Below, one piece after another: positions 1 to 9,089 of a DNA stretch of 64,000 nt; within the stretch, counting starts at the first letter, position 1; each line of letters starts with the position of its first letter. The stretch is taken from contig OY771506.1 of NCBI GenBank assembly GCA_963674705.1, forward strand, positions 5,056,001-5,120,000, read 5' to 3'. A model generated the notes under the pieces. It saw nothing but the letters and a program-made list of their open reading frames with translations, had not been told where the DNA came from and did no database searches. Source of the DNA: Phycisphaeraceae bacterium. GTDB taxonomy: Bacteria > Planctomycetota > Phycisphaerae > Phycisphaerales > Phycisphaeraceae. A program made the position numbers and the translations under genes.

Positions 1-160
1 CGATTTGGGGGGTTTGGCAGATAATGGAATTCTTTTATGGGTGTAACATTTGCCCTTTGCTGTGAATGGGTACAATACCCTTACGGAAACTGACCCAGCC
101 CAATACTCACCCGGATATTGATCCCGAAAGTAGCCCCCGCTTTCTCTCGAGTTGACTGAT

Positions 161-535
161 ATGGAAAACCGTCGTCCCCGTCCCAATCGCCCGTTCCGAT
201 CAAATCGGCCCAATCGTGGCCACGGTGGCCCGCCGCGTGGCCGAGGAGGAGGTGGTGGCCGTGGGGGCGGTCGCAAGCCACCGCCGCCGCCGATGCTGCT
301 GGGCGAACCCTCGCCCTCCCTGGCTAAGATCAACACCATGAATATGGCCAAGCTGACCGAGAAGATCGCTCAGCTCGAGGAAGAGCAGACACGCGTCGGC
401 GCCAAGCTCAGCCGACTCGAAGTCGTCGACCCCCGGCCCGAGGAGAAGATCAAGGCGGTCAAGGAATTGCTCGAGCGTTTAGCTGCGCTGAAAGAAGCCG
501 CCGAAAAAACGGTTGGCCGGCAAGGCCGAACGTAA
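161..535 (+). CDS. Hypothetical protein; Arg/Gly/Pro-rich N-terminus followed by a predicted coiled coil
   Basis: ORF 152..535 with ATG at 161; RGRGGGGGRGGG low-complexity head and helical C-terminal half. Confidence 0.65.
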   Translation: MENRRPRPNRPFRSNRPNRGHGGPPRGRGGGGGRGGGRKPPPPPMLLGEPSPSLAKINTMNMAKLTEKIAQLEEEQTRVGAKLSRLEVVDPRPEEKIKAVKELLERLAALKEAAEKTVGRQGRT

Positions 536-586
536 GGCCGCACGCGAACAGCGCGGTGATTAAAATCGATCAACTTCCGGTGTAAC

Positions 587-668
587 GGGTGCCACATCTT
601 GATCGCGCAGCGACAAGGTGTGCTGGTTCATTCACACTTTGCTCCTTCGGAGCCAAAGTGTGGCACCC
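587..668. repeat. REP-like doublet (family K)
   Basis: GGGTGCCACA (587-596) is the reverse complement of TGTGGCACCC (659-668); each arm carries its own hairpin; lies between convergent genes. Confidence 0.65.
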
Positions 669-811
669 ATCTCACTACGCATAATGTTACCCGCTTGATA
701 AAAACAGTGTGATGACGCCTCATGCATCACCACACCGTCTGCCACTAACCATCATATGATTATCGACCGCTCAATCGCTGCGCGGTCGTTGCGCGATACG
801 CCCGGGCGATG

Positions 812-1462
812 TTACTTGCCGGGCGCGGGTTGGGTCGTGGGAGGCTGTGTCTTCGATTCAGCCTCGTCGTCTTCCAACTCTTCATAGCCGGTGATCATGG
901 CCTTGGTGTTCGCAAAGAGCGTTTCACCCGTCGACGCCAGGTAGATGTGGCCGATCACGAACACAACCAGCGCGAACGCACCGATCGTGTGGATCGTCGC
1001 CAGCACACCCATCGTCACCGGCCAACCGGCAGCCACCAGGTCGTTGTAATAGATCAGCATCATGCCGGTTGTCACCATGACGGGGATGATGAGGATCTTC
1101 AGCCCGAGGTAGGCCAGCCGCTGAAGCGGATTGAGCTTATTGAGCACGGTCTTGCGCACGGGGTGCGGCGCGTTTCTGAAGATGCCTGAGATGTAGTACT
1201 TGACCATCGCGCCGAGGTATTTGCGTGTGGGCATGTACTGCTTCCACTCACCGGTCGTGAAGTGCCAGAAGATGGCGAAAGCAATCAGGATGACAAGCGA
1301 CCAGGCAAACAGGTGATGCAGGTCGTGAGCTTGCTTGAAGTCGAACAAGCGGAAACGCGGGTAGTGGATATCCATGCCGGTAATCACCAGCAGGATGATC
1401 AACATGGCCTGCGCCCAGTGCCAGAAGCGTTCGAAGCGTTTATAAACGAGCACGCGTTTCAT
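812..1462 (-). CDS. Cytochrome b/b6-domain membrane subunit (thiosulfate reductase PhsC/FdnI-like)
   Basis: ERFWHW, NPLQRLAY, four TM helices with His (FWHW, HDLHH, TIHT, GHIY); ATG at 1462 overlaps the upstream TGA (ATGA). Confidence 0.9.
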   Translation of the reverse strand: MKRVLVYKRFERFWHWAQAMLIILLVITGMDIHYPRFRLFDFKQAHDLHHLFAWSLVILIAFAIFWHFTTGEWKQYMPTRKYLGAMVKYYISGIFRNAPHPVRKTVLNKLNPLQRLAYLGLKILIIPVMVTTGMMLIYYNDLVAAGWPVTMGVLATIHTIGAFALVVFVIGHIYLASTGETLFANTKAMITGYEELEDDEAESKTQPPTTQPAPGK

Positions 1463-3270
1463 GATGTGGCTCCGTTCTTGCGAAACATGATGCGAAGCAG
1501 GCCATGGCCCACACACGCAAGCAAGGTCATGATGATCAAGGCCCAGCCCACGTAATCCACCGTGACGACGCCGTCACGCCCGGGCATGTAGAAGCCGGTC
1601 AACCGTGCGAGCCGGCCGTCGGTGGTGTGGCATTCATTACATGCCACCGCGTTCTCACGTGGGGCGACCATGTGTGACAGCGGCCAGGTCATTTCCGTCT
1701 GGATCCACCCCAACTCACCGCTGAAAGGCAGTTCGTTATATGCATTACCCGCAACAACGGCACGCTTCCAGTCGTAGCTCTTCCAATAGGCCTCGGCCTT
1801 ATCCTCGCCGTTGGGGAAAAGCTTCGGCGTCACGAGGGTCTTGTTCTTGATGTCGTAAGGCTGGATGCCGCGGTGGACCTTGATCGGCCAGATGCGCGAC
1901 TTCGGATCGTCGTACCCGCCGTGCGGCGTGTTGATACGCACGATCGGCTTGTCCATATCCAGCTTGTCGAATGCGCCTTTAAAGATGCCGGGTTGATCCT
2001 TGGCCGGTGTCTGGTCGTCGACCTTGTCGCCAAAGAAGGTGTGGTCCATCTTGCCGTTGAACCAGACATACTCGGGTTGCTCATCCTTGATCCAGATAAA
2101 CTCCCCTTTCATGGTGTCGTAGGTCTTGATGTGCGTACCCTTGACCTCGCCACCCTTGACCATGGGCTTGCCGTTCTCGTCCTTCTCACCGGCCTTGGAC
2201 CAGTCCCACCACATCTTGGTCGGCCTCTCGCGCGCCATCGTCGGGATGTGGCACGTCTGGCAGGCGACCTTGTCGGTGTGATCGTTGAGTTTCTGGTCCT
2301 GGTGCGCCGCTTTGCTGTGACAACTCTCACAAGCCAGGAGGTTGGAACGTTTACCCGTGCCGCGCATCACGTAGCTGCGGTCGTCCACCGCCGGGAACGT
2401 GAAGTATCGGCCGGCGATCTGGTGGGCACGCGTCGTGTGGCAGTCGGTGCACTTGAAGTCGAGGTTTTCCGAGTGCATGTGCACATCAAGACTCTTATTG
2501 GGCATCGCTAGCGACACGTCCATGTCGCCGTGCTTCACACCTTCACCACCCCCGCCGAAGAAGTGGCACGTGCCGCAGTTGTGGCGCGCGGGTTTGCCGA
2601 CGTTCTGCGCGACGAACGTGAGGTCAGCCGGCTGCCAGATATTGCCCGAGCCCTTCGGCCATTCCTTAGGCTCATAGTTCGGATGCCCCGCATCGACCGG
2701 AAACTTGCGATAGGTCTTGGTCGTGTCGTGACAGACCAGACAGTCGACGAGTGTTTCATTGGTGAAGTCGAAGTTCTTATCTTTCCAGCCGTAGCCCGCG
2801 TGGCACGAGGTGCAGCGCGGTTCGTTGGAGCCCAGCGCGATGCAGAAGTTATTGATGACGTGTTCGGCTTTACCGATGTATTTGCCGGTCTTGGCGTCCG
2901 GATGGCGCGATCGCCAAGTCCAGTGCATCGTGCCCATGATCTGCTTGGCGGCCTCGGTGTGACAACCAAGACACGCGGCAGTGACTTCCGGTCCGGTCTT
3001 GAATTCCACTTGAAGCTGGGGCAGCTTGGTGTGGTCGACCGTAGGAGCGATGTCCGGCTCAGGGTTCGCATCACCCAACGCCGGGGCCTGCATCACATCC
3101 GCGGTGGCGGGGTCGAGTTTGGCGGCGGGGCCTTTGGCATCAGAAGTCGGCTCGGTCTGCCCCACCGAGCTGAAGGCGATGATCAGCACGGCCAGCGCCA
3201 CCGCCCACGGCGCCATCAGCCAGGCAGAGGAAGGTTTGCTTGACGGTCCGGCCTTGTGTTTCGGATCCAT
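1459..3270 (-). CDS. otr: Octaheme c-type cytochrome, tetrathionate reductase (Otr) family
   Basis: Eight CxxCH motifs (CLGCH, CTSCH, CLVCH, CGTCH, CTDCH, CESCH, CQTCH, CNECH); HWTW and GKxxxxINNFC, CHFFGGGGEGVKHGD; signal peptide and C-terminal TM anchor. Confidence 0.92.
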   Translation of the reverse strand: MDPKHKAGPSSKPSSAWLMAPWAVALAVLIIAFSSVGQTEPTSDAKGPAAKLDPATADVMQAPALGDANPEPDIAPTVDHTKLPQLQVEFKTGPEVTAACLGCHTEAAKQIMGTMHWTWRSRHPDAKTGKYIGKAEHVINNFCIALGSNEPRCTSCHAGYGWKDKNFDFTNETLVDCLVCHDTTKTYRKFPVDAGHPNYEPKEWPKGSGNIWQPADLTFVAQNVGKPARHNCGTCHFFGGGGEGVKHGDMDVSLAMPNKSLDVHMHSENLDFKCTDCHTTRAHQIAGRYFTFPAVDDRSYVMRGTGKRSNLLACESCHSKAAHQDQKLNDHTDKVACQTCHIPTMARERPTKMWWDWSKAGEKDENGKPMVKGGEVKGTHIKTYDTMKGEFIWIKDEQPEYVWFNGKMDHTFFGDKVDDQTPAKDQPGIFKGAFDKLDMDKPIVRINTPHGGYDDPKSRIWPIKVHRGIQPYDIKNKTLVTPKLFPNGEDKAEAYWKSYDWKRAVVAGNAYNELPFSGELGWIQTEMTWPLSHMVAPRENAVACNECHTTDGRLARLTGFYMPGRDGVVTVDYVGWALIIMTLLACVGHGLLRIMFRKNGATS

Positions 3271-3309
3271 GTCGGTCCCCTGTTTTTATCCGCACCTTTT
3301 TATATGTGA

Positions 3310-3331
3310 CTGTATACAGATATAAATATCT
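3310..3331. promoter_or_regulatory. Candidate operator in the divergent otr/arsR promoter region
   Basis: Overlapping palindromes CTGTATACAG (3310-3319) and AGATAT-AA-ATATCT (3318-3331) in an AT-rich gap. Confidence 0.45.
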
Positions 3332-3450
3332 TGTGGTATGATACAATCTGTCGACCAAAACACAACCCGGTCTTGATAGTAATGGCCGGAAATGAATCTC
3401 TACAATGCGTTTTACCGACAGCAGGCTAAGCCACGCACCCGGAGTTTGCG

Positions 3451-3762
3451 ATGGAAACCAATTCTGACAGGATCCCTGAAAAGCACCTTGAAATCGCAGC
3501 GAACGTGCTGAAGGTGATCGCGCACCCCAAGCGGCTACGGATCAACGAGCTGTTGATTCAGCATAAACAATTAAAGGTTAATGATTTAGCGGAACTGATG
3601 GACACCCCGCCCAACACTATCAGTCAGCACCTGAAGTTGCTGAAAGCCTACAACATCGTGGATTCGAGGCGGGAAGGTCGATACGTCTACTACATCAGCA
3701 CTCACCCAGCGGCCGCGACAATGCTCTCCTGCATCCGCAAAAACAGCGGTCGATTTGCCTGA
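3451..3762 (+). CDS. ArsR/SmtB family transcriptional regulator
   Basis: LKVIAHPKRLRI, ISQHLKLLK, SRREGRYVYY winged-HTH signature; GGAG RBS. Confidence 0.92.
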   Translation: METNSDRIPEKHLEIAANVLKVIAHPKRLRINELLIQHKQLKVNDLAELMDTPPNTISQHLKLLKAYNIVDSRREGRYVYYISTHPAAATMLSCIRKNSGRFA

Positions 3763-4060
3763 TGGTGATGCTGAATCCGAATACATCTAAATACACACGT
3801 TATGTGGATAAAGAAGTCGCCGGGTGGGCTGTCTGAAGAATACTTCGCCCATTGATCAAATACCGGGGCGCCGAAGTTCAAACTTCTCCCCAGTATCGAG
3901 CAGGCACCCTGTCATATGCAAAAGATCGATCACGGTCGTTGACGTCGCAAACTTGTACTATTTAAACACTTAGTAATCAAAGAAGTGCTTGAATATACGC
4001 ACCAAATAAAATACTTTACTCGTAAATTCGGGGCTCTTTCTACCTGGTGGGGAAAACAAT

Positions 4061-7000
4061 ATGTCAGGTTGGGATTACTACAAACTCACTTCATTTTCAT
4101 CAACACAACCCTCTGACACACAACACACACCCGGGGCTGTTTTCGAGGTGTTGGAGCCTCGACTGCTGTTGAGCGGATCACCGACCGTGCAAGTCACGAT
4201 CGATCCGGCTTCAGCTATTGGATTTGAAAACACAACTACCCTGCTGGAGAACGACACCACCTACCAGCAGCAGACACAGTACGACAACTTCTTCTTCCCG
4301 AACGTCGTGACGTTCGACTTCACGGTTGAGACCGATGCCTTCAACGGCGTCATCGACCTGACCGTGCTGTCGGACCTGAACGGCCCGAGGGAAACCGTCG
4401 CTTACGACATTGAAGGCGTTGTCAGCGGCATCCTGTTTACTGAAGAAGACGATGGGGTCCGCCCGTTCACCGCGACAATCGAACTGACCGATGCTGACTT
4501 GGCCATAATCGCCGCAGACGGGAACCTGCACATCGAGTTTACCCCTTCATCGCGTGTGGATGACTTCGCGGGTGTGCAGGAATATGTCACGGTCGGCCTG
4601 ACTTACCAGCAGCCGGTTGGTGGTTCGATTTCCGGCAGCGTATGGGCTGATGTCGACAAAGACGGCGTGCGTACCGAGAGCGAGCCGGGGATGCCCAGCG
4701 TGACCGTCTTCCTCGATGAAGATAGCGACAACGCGCTGGATTGGAACGACCTTGACAACGACAACGAATGGGATGCAGGCGAGGGTGAACGTTGGGTTAC
4801 CACATCCGAAGACCGGGAAGCCACTGCCTCGATAAACGAGGCGGGCAGTTATCAGTTCAGCGGGTTAGAAGCCAGGGAATACCACGTGGTGATCCAGCCT
4901 GCGCAGACTTTTGATCTGACCAATCAGACAGACTACACGTGGAGCGATTCGCCTGTGCGGACGCAGACACTATCAGCGCCCGAGGTCTATCCGGCGATTG
5001 GTTTCGGTTGGGACGTGGCCCAAGCAGGCGGCCGGCTGCTGGTCGGCGCTGACTTACCACCGGAGGCGGGCTACCTGGGCGGAGCCTACGTCTACCACGA
5101 AACCACGGACGGCTACCACCTGGAGGCGGTCCTGCGAGTCCCGGAAAACGCCGGGGTCGACACGTTGTTACCGAAGCATGTCGCGCTGAATGATGAGTGG
5201 GCGGCGATCGCGGGGTGGATAAAAGTCGACGGAGCCGAAGTCCCTGCGATCACCTTGTTCCACCGGGCCGGAAGCACGTGGACATGGCATTCGGTGGTCA
5301 CTCCCACGGGCATCAACGATGTGTCCTCGTATATAGACTTCAATGTCGCTCTGTCTAATGATGCAATGGTCGTGTCGTCGTTGAGGTCCCAGCAGGCCTG
5401 GGTTTTCGAACTGCAAGAAAATGTTTGGACACAGGTGATCGAGTTAACACCCGAGGGCCTTGAATCAGACTACGGGTACGGCAGAACCATCGCATTCGAC
5501 GGGCAGACGGTTGCCATCAATGCGCCTTACGAGAACGACGTGTCTTACCTGGAAGGATCGCTCTACATCTACGAGCGTGTTGACGGGGTGTGGACGCAAA
5601 CCGCCAAGTTTGCACATCGCATCGGTTGGCAAAACGTTCATACAAACCTCGCTGTATCAGGCGACCTGATCGTCTCAGGCGGATCGTCTAGTGGGCATCA
5701 GTATTACAACGGCTACGATTACGTTTACCGCAAGACGGAGCAGGGCTGGCAGTTCGAACAGAAGCTGATAAGCCTGGATACGGTCGACGGCAACAACCTT
5801 GGCAGGTCGGTTGCGATCGTGGGCGACGCGATCGCCTCGCTATCGCCATACAAAGATGAAACCGAGAAGACTACAGGTGCTGTCTATATCTTCGAGCACA
5901 ACGGCACAGAGTGGGTCCAGACACGCTACCTGACCGAACCCGATCTCGTTAAAGGCGATGGCACGGTGAGTCAGCTACATGCTGTCGGCGACACATTGGT
6001 GATAGCAGCATACGGGCACGACACGTATATGGGTGGTGACGGCGGACTGTTCTTTTACAGACCTGGCAGTGCGCCTGTCAGGGCCACAGTCACGCTGGGT
6101 GACCAGGAACATGTCGTCCTCGACGATGTGGGCCTGACACAGCACGCGCTTAGTATCGACCTGCTGCCCGAATCGGACACGGGATACAACGACAGCGACC
6201 GTGTCACAGCGATGAACAATCAGGATTCGGCAAGCCGACTTGGATTCAGGCTGCATGGATTGAACCCCGGCGTAGAGGTCACGCTCTACCGGGACGACGG
6301 CGTGGCGATCGGTTCGGGCATCGCAACGGGGTACAGCCTTGATTTGTTTACAGATGGATCAACCCAGCTAGCTGAAGGCCTGCAATTCATCGAAGCTCGC
6401 CTGACACTACCCGATGGACAGACCTGGCTCACCGGCCAATGGATCGACGTGGTGATCGACACCGCCTCGCCGATCGTGACGTTCAATCCGCAGTCCACCG
6501 TAGGATTAGCCCCAACTCTCTTGGGTGAAGTCGATCAACCCGACACACGGCTATGGGTAACGGTCGATGGGCATACCCTCGAGGCATCGGTTAACGAGAC
6601 GGGGTCTTGGACGATCGCGGCAGGTGAGATCCCGGCTTTAGCGGTCGGTAACTACGACGTGCAGGTTCATGCGGTGGATGCAGCCGGCAATGAGATGGAC
6701 GCGCTTTACGAAAACGCGTTGATCGCAACCGCTTCGGCGCAGATCAACGGCGTCGTGTGGCAAGATGTCAACGGTGACGGCGAGTTAGACGTCGAGGATA
6801 AAGGGCTGGCCGGGATTGCGGCCTACCTCGACTTAAATGTTGATGGTTTGTGGAGCCCCGGGGAACCGCGTCAACTCACCACCGCTGATAATCCCGAGAC
6901 ACCTGAAGACGAAGCCGGCCGATACACCTTCACCGATCTGCCCGAGGGCGACTACTTCGTCCGCCTGGATGTACTTAACACTGACTACCGCATCACGAGC

Positions 7001-8671
7001 CCGGGTAGCGCCCAGAGCCAGTGGGCTTCGCTGAGGTACGAAGACACTTTCGTCTGCCCCTACTATTCATCCTACGACCAGTTCGGCTATAGCCTCGACA
7101 GCAGCGAGCACGTGCTCGTGGTCGGCAAATTCGCCAACCCCGGCACAGCCGGCACGGGAGAAGACGTCACGATCTACACGCGAGAAGACTACAACTCGCC
7201 TTGGGAATTCTCGACCTATCTCAACGCCGAATTGATGGGTGTTTCAGGCTCTAACCTCGGCGTGACCGTTGCCACGAACGATCGGTTCGTGTTCATCGGC
7301 GCATACAACGACCAGAGCGGTCCCTTCCCATACACCGGGATGGGCGCGTTCTACATCTACGAACGCGACGATGCCAGCGGCGGATGGGTCCAACGCCTGA
7401 AAGTCAACGGTTACGAAGATGGGCTTTGGGGCGTAGGCAATGCCCTGGCAGTTAGTGGCGACACCCTCGTGGTTGGCACGCTTGCCAACACCGCTGACAA
7501 GAACGGCGTATATGTCTACCACCGGGATACCACGAACCCGGCCGGGTGGACCCGCTCGGCCATACTCAAGGGCACGACCACGGGCATTGACAAAACACGG
7601 TTCGGCTCTGATGTCGCGCTCAGCGGCGACATCATGGTGGTTAACGACCCCTGGGAAGCGCAGTCGGGCATCGGCTCCGGCACGGTCTATGTCTATCGAC
7701 GTGACGGTGCCGATCCGACCCAATGGAACCTCATCCAAAAAATACAGCCACCCCAATCAACTATCAGAGGATTCGGAAATAAAATTGAAGTGGTCGGTAA
7801 CACGATCGTGGTCAGCGACAACAATAGTAACACCTATCTCTTTGAACCCAATGCAACGAACCCGGACCAGTGGGAACTCGTTGCCGTACCCGATCTGACA
7901 GGTCTCTCCACACTGCGAGACATCGTGGTCGGCGAAAACATGATCGCCCTTGTGGGATCGCCGAACTCGCTGATCCTGTCGCGTACCCCGAACGGCGATA
8001 ACCCGTGGGACGTGGTGCAGACCGCGCCGGAGCAGTTCAGTTCCGTGATCGATGGCGAGCATCTGATCACGGGCACGCCCTATGCCGGCAACAGTGATCA
8101 AGGCGCTGTCGAATTCTATGAATTCTCCGGCGACAACCCGTGGCACTACCTGCAGGCGGCCCCCGGCCAGATCGTTTCCGGCAACGACTTCGGGATCGAA
8201 CTGCCAATCCCCATTACCGGCGACCTGAACGCGGACGGCCAGGTCGGTGTCGATGATCTGGACATCGTGCTGAATAACTGGAACCAAAGCGTCACGCCCG
8301 GCGATTGGGCTACGGGCGACCCCACCGGTGACGGCTTCGTCGGTCTTGATGATTTGGATGTCGTACTCAACAACTGGAATGTCGGCGAATCACCGGCCGC
8401 ACTGACCGGCTCGCAGGATGAGGAACTCGCCGCCGCAACCAGTGAATCGCAAGTGATCGAGACTCAGGCCCAAACCTACAGACGAACTATCCAGCCGATA
8501 CAGTCGCAGCAGACCCAGCCGCAGCAACAGATGACAGCTTCGCTCATGCAGCAAGCGACCGCACTGGCAAGTCTGCATTCCCCCACCCCTTCGGCGTTTA
8601 CCGACAGAGATTTTTCACCGGTTATCGGACTATGGGAAGCCGACGACGATTTAACGGGACCCGCCTCGTGA
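4061..8671 (+). CDS. Large secreted/surface protein: planctomycete LEPRLLLS motif, two SdrD-B-like domains, two FG-GAP-type propellers, Ig-like domains, dockerin-like module
   Basis: FEVLEPRLLLS; ISGSVWADVDKDG and INGVVWQDVNGDG; repeated FGxxVA..GAxYxY blades; VDAAGN Ig motif; GDLNADGQVGVDDLD. Confidence 0.85.
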   Translation: MSGWDYYKLTSFSSTQPSDTQHTPGAVFEVLEPRLLLSGSPTVQVTIDPASAIGFENTTTLLENDTTYQQQTQYDNFFFPNVVTFDFTVETDAFNGVIDLTVLSDLNGPRETVAYDIEGVVSGILFTEEDDGVRPFTATIELTDADLAIIAADGNLHIEFTPSSRVDDFAGVQEYVTVGLTYQQPVGGSISGSVWADVDKDGVRTESEPGMPSVTVFLDEDSDNALDWNDLDNDNEWDAGEGERWVTTSEDREATASINEAGSYQFSGLEAREYHVVIQPAQTFDLTNQTDYTWSDSPVRTQTLSAPEVYPAIGFGWDVAQAGGRLLVGADLPPEAGYLGGAYVYHETTDGYHLEAVLRVPENAGVDTLLPKHVALNDEWAAIAGWIKVDGAEVPAITLFHRAGSTWTWHSVVTPTGINDVSSYIDFNVALSNDAMVVSSLRSQQAWVFELQENVWTQVIELTPEGLESDYGYGRTIAFDGQTVAINAPYENDVSYLEGSLYIYERVDGVWTQTAKFAHRIGWQNVHTNLAVSGDLIVSGGSSSGHQYYNGYDYVYRKTEQGWQFEQKLISLDTVDGNNLGRSVAIVGDAIASLSPYKDETEKTTGAVYIFEHNGTEWVQTRYLTEPDLVKGDGTVSQLHAVGDTLVIAAYGHDTYMGGDGGLFFYRPGSAPVRATVTLGDQEHVVLDDVGLTQHALSIDLLPESDTGYNDSDRVTAMNNQDSASRLGFRLHGLNPGVEVTLYRDDGVAIGSGIATGYSLDLFTDGSTQLAEGLQFIEARLTLPDGQTWLTGQWIDVVIDTASPIVTFNPQSTVGLAPTLLGEVDQPDTRLWVTVDGHTLEASVNETGSWTIAAGEIPALAVGNYDVQVHAVDAAGNEMDALYENALIATASAQINGVVWQDVNGDGELDVEDKGLAGIAAYLDLNVDGLWSPGEPRQLTTADNPETPEDEAGRYTFTDLPEGDYFVRLDVLNTDYRITSPGSAQSQWASLRYEDTFVCPYYSSYDQFGYSLDSSEHVLVVGKFANPGTAGTGEDVTIYTREDYNSPWEFSTYLNAELMGVSGSNLGVTVATNDRFVFIGAYNDQSGPFPYTGMGAFYIYERDDASGGWVQRLKVNGYEDGLWGVGNALAVSGDTLVVGTLANTADKNGVYVYHRDTTNPAGWTRSAILKGTTTGIDKTRFGSDVALSGDIMVVNDPWEAQSGIGSGTVYVYRRDGADPTQWNLIQKIQPPQSTIRGFGNKIEVVGNTIVVSDNNSNTYLFEPNATNPDQWELVAVPDLTGLSTLRDIVVGENMIALVGSPNSLILSRTPNGDNPWDVVQTAPEQFSSVIDGEHLITGTPYAGNSDQGAVEFYEFSGDNPWHYLQAAPGQIVSGNDFGIELPIPITGDLNADGQVGVDDLDIVLNNWNQSVTPGDWATGDPTGDGFVGLDDLDVVLNNWNVGESPAALTGSQDEELAAATSESQVIETQAQTYRRTIQPIQSQQTQPQQQMTASLMQQATALASLHSPTPSAFTDRDFSPVIGLWEADDDLTGPAS

Positions 8672-8725
8672 ATCCTGCAGCCGATGTAATATGTAAACAA
8701 CCTCTAAAAAAAGGTTTATGCGCAT

Positions 8726-8748
8726 AAAAAAGAGCTCCGAAGAGCTCT
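8726..8748 (-). terminator. Rho-independent terminator after tRNA-Glu
   Basis: Minus strand reads AGAGCTC-TTCG-GAGCTCT-TTTTT (UUCG-type loop plus U tract). Confidence 0.8.
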
Positions 8749-8752
8749 CATA

Positions 8753-8827
8753 TGACCCCTACGGGATTTGAACCCGTGTTACCAGGATGAAAACCTGGTG
8801 TCCTAGACCTGACTAGACGAAGGGGCC
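8753..8827 (-). tRNA. tRNA-Glu (TTC), CCA not encoded
   Basis: Minus strand GGCCCCT...CCAGG-TTTTCAT-CCTGG...GGTTCAAATCC...AGGGGTCA cloverleaf. Confidence 0.95.
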
Positions 8828-9089
8828 AGGATCGCCAAAGTGGCGACAGACGGGGCATTCTAACGTTTGAGACGACGCTGGCAACCCAGACGGCCTCTCG
8901 TGGCCGTATTCAGGTTATTCACAATCCATTAGATACGGATATCTTTAGATTTAGGATAATCCACGGTGCCCCGATCTCTTTCTGGTCGGATGCTCATCTA
9001 TGATGTAATATTGAGGGTCTCGGTGTTGGGACCGGGGGTGTGTGTTACTGTGGCCGCGATAGTTTTTCGCCTCTAAGGATCGACTTCCT

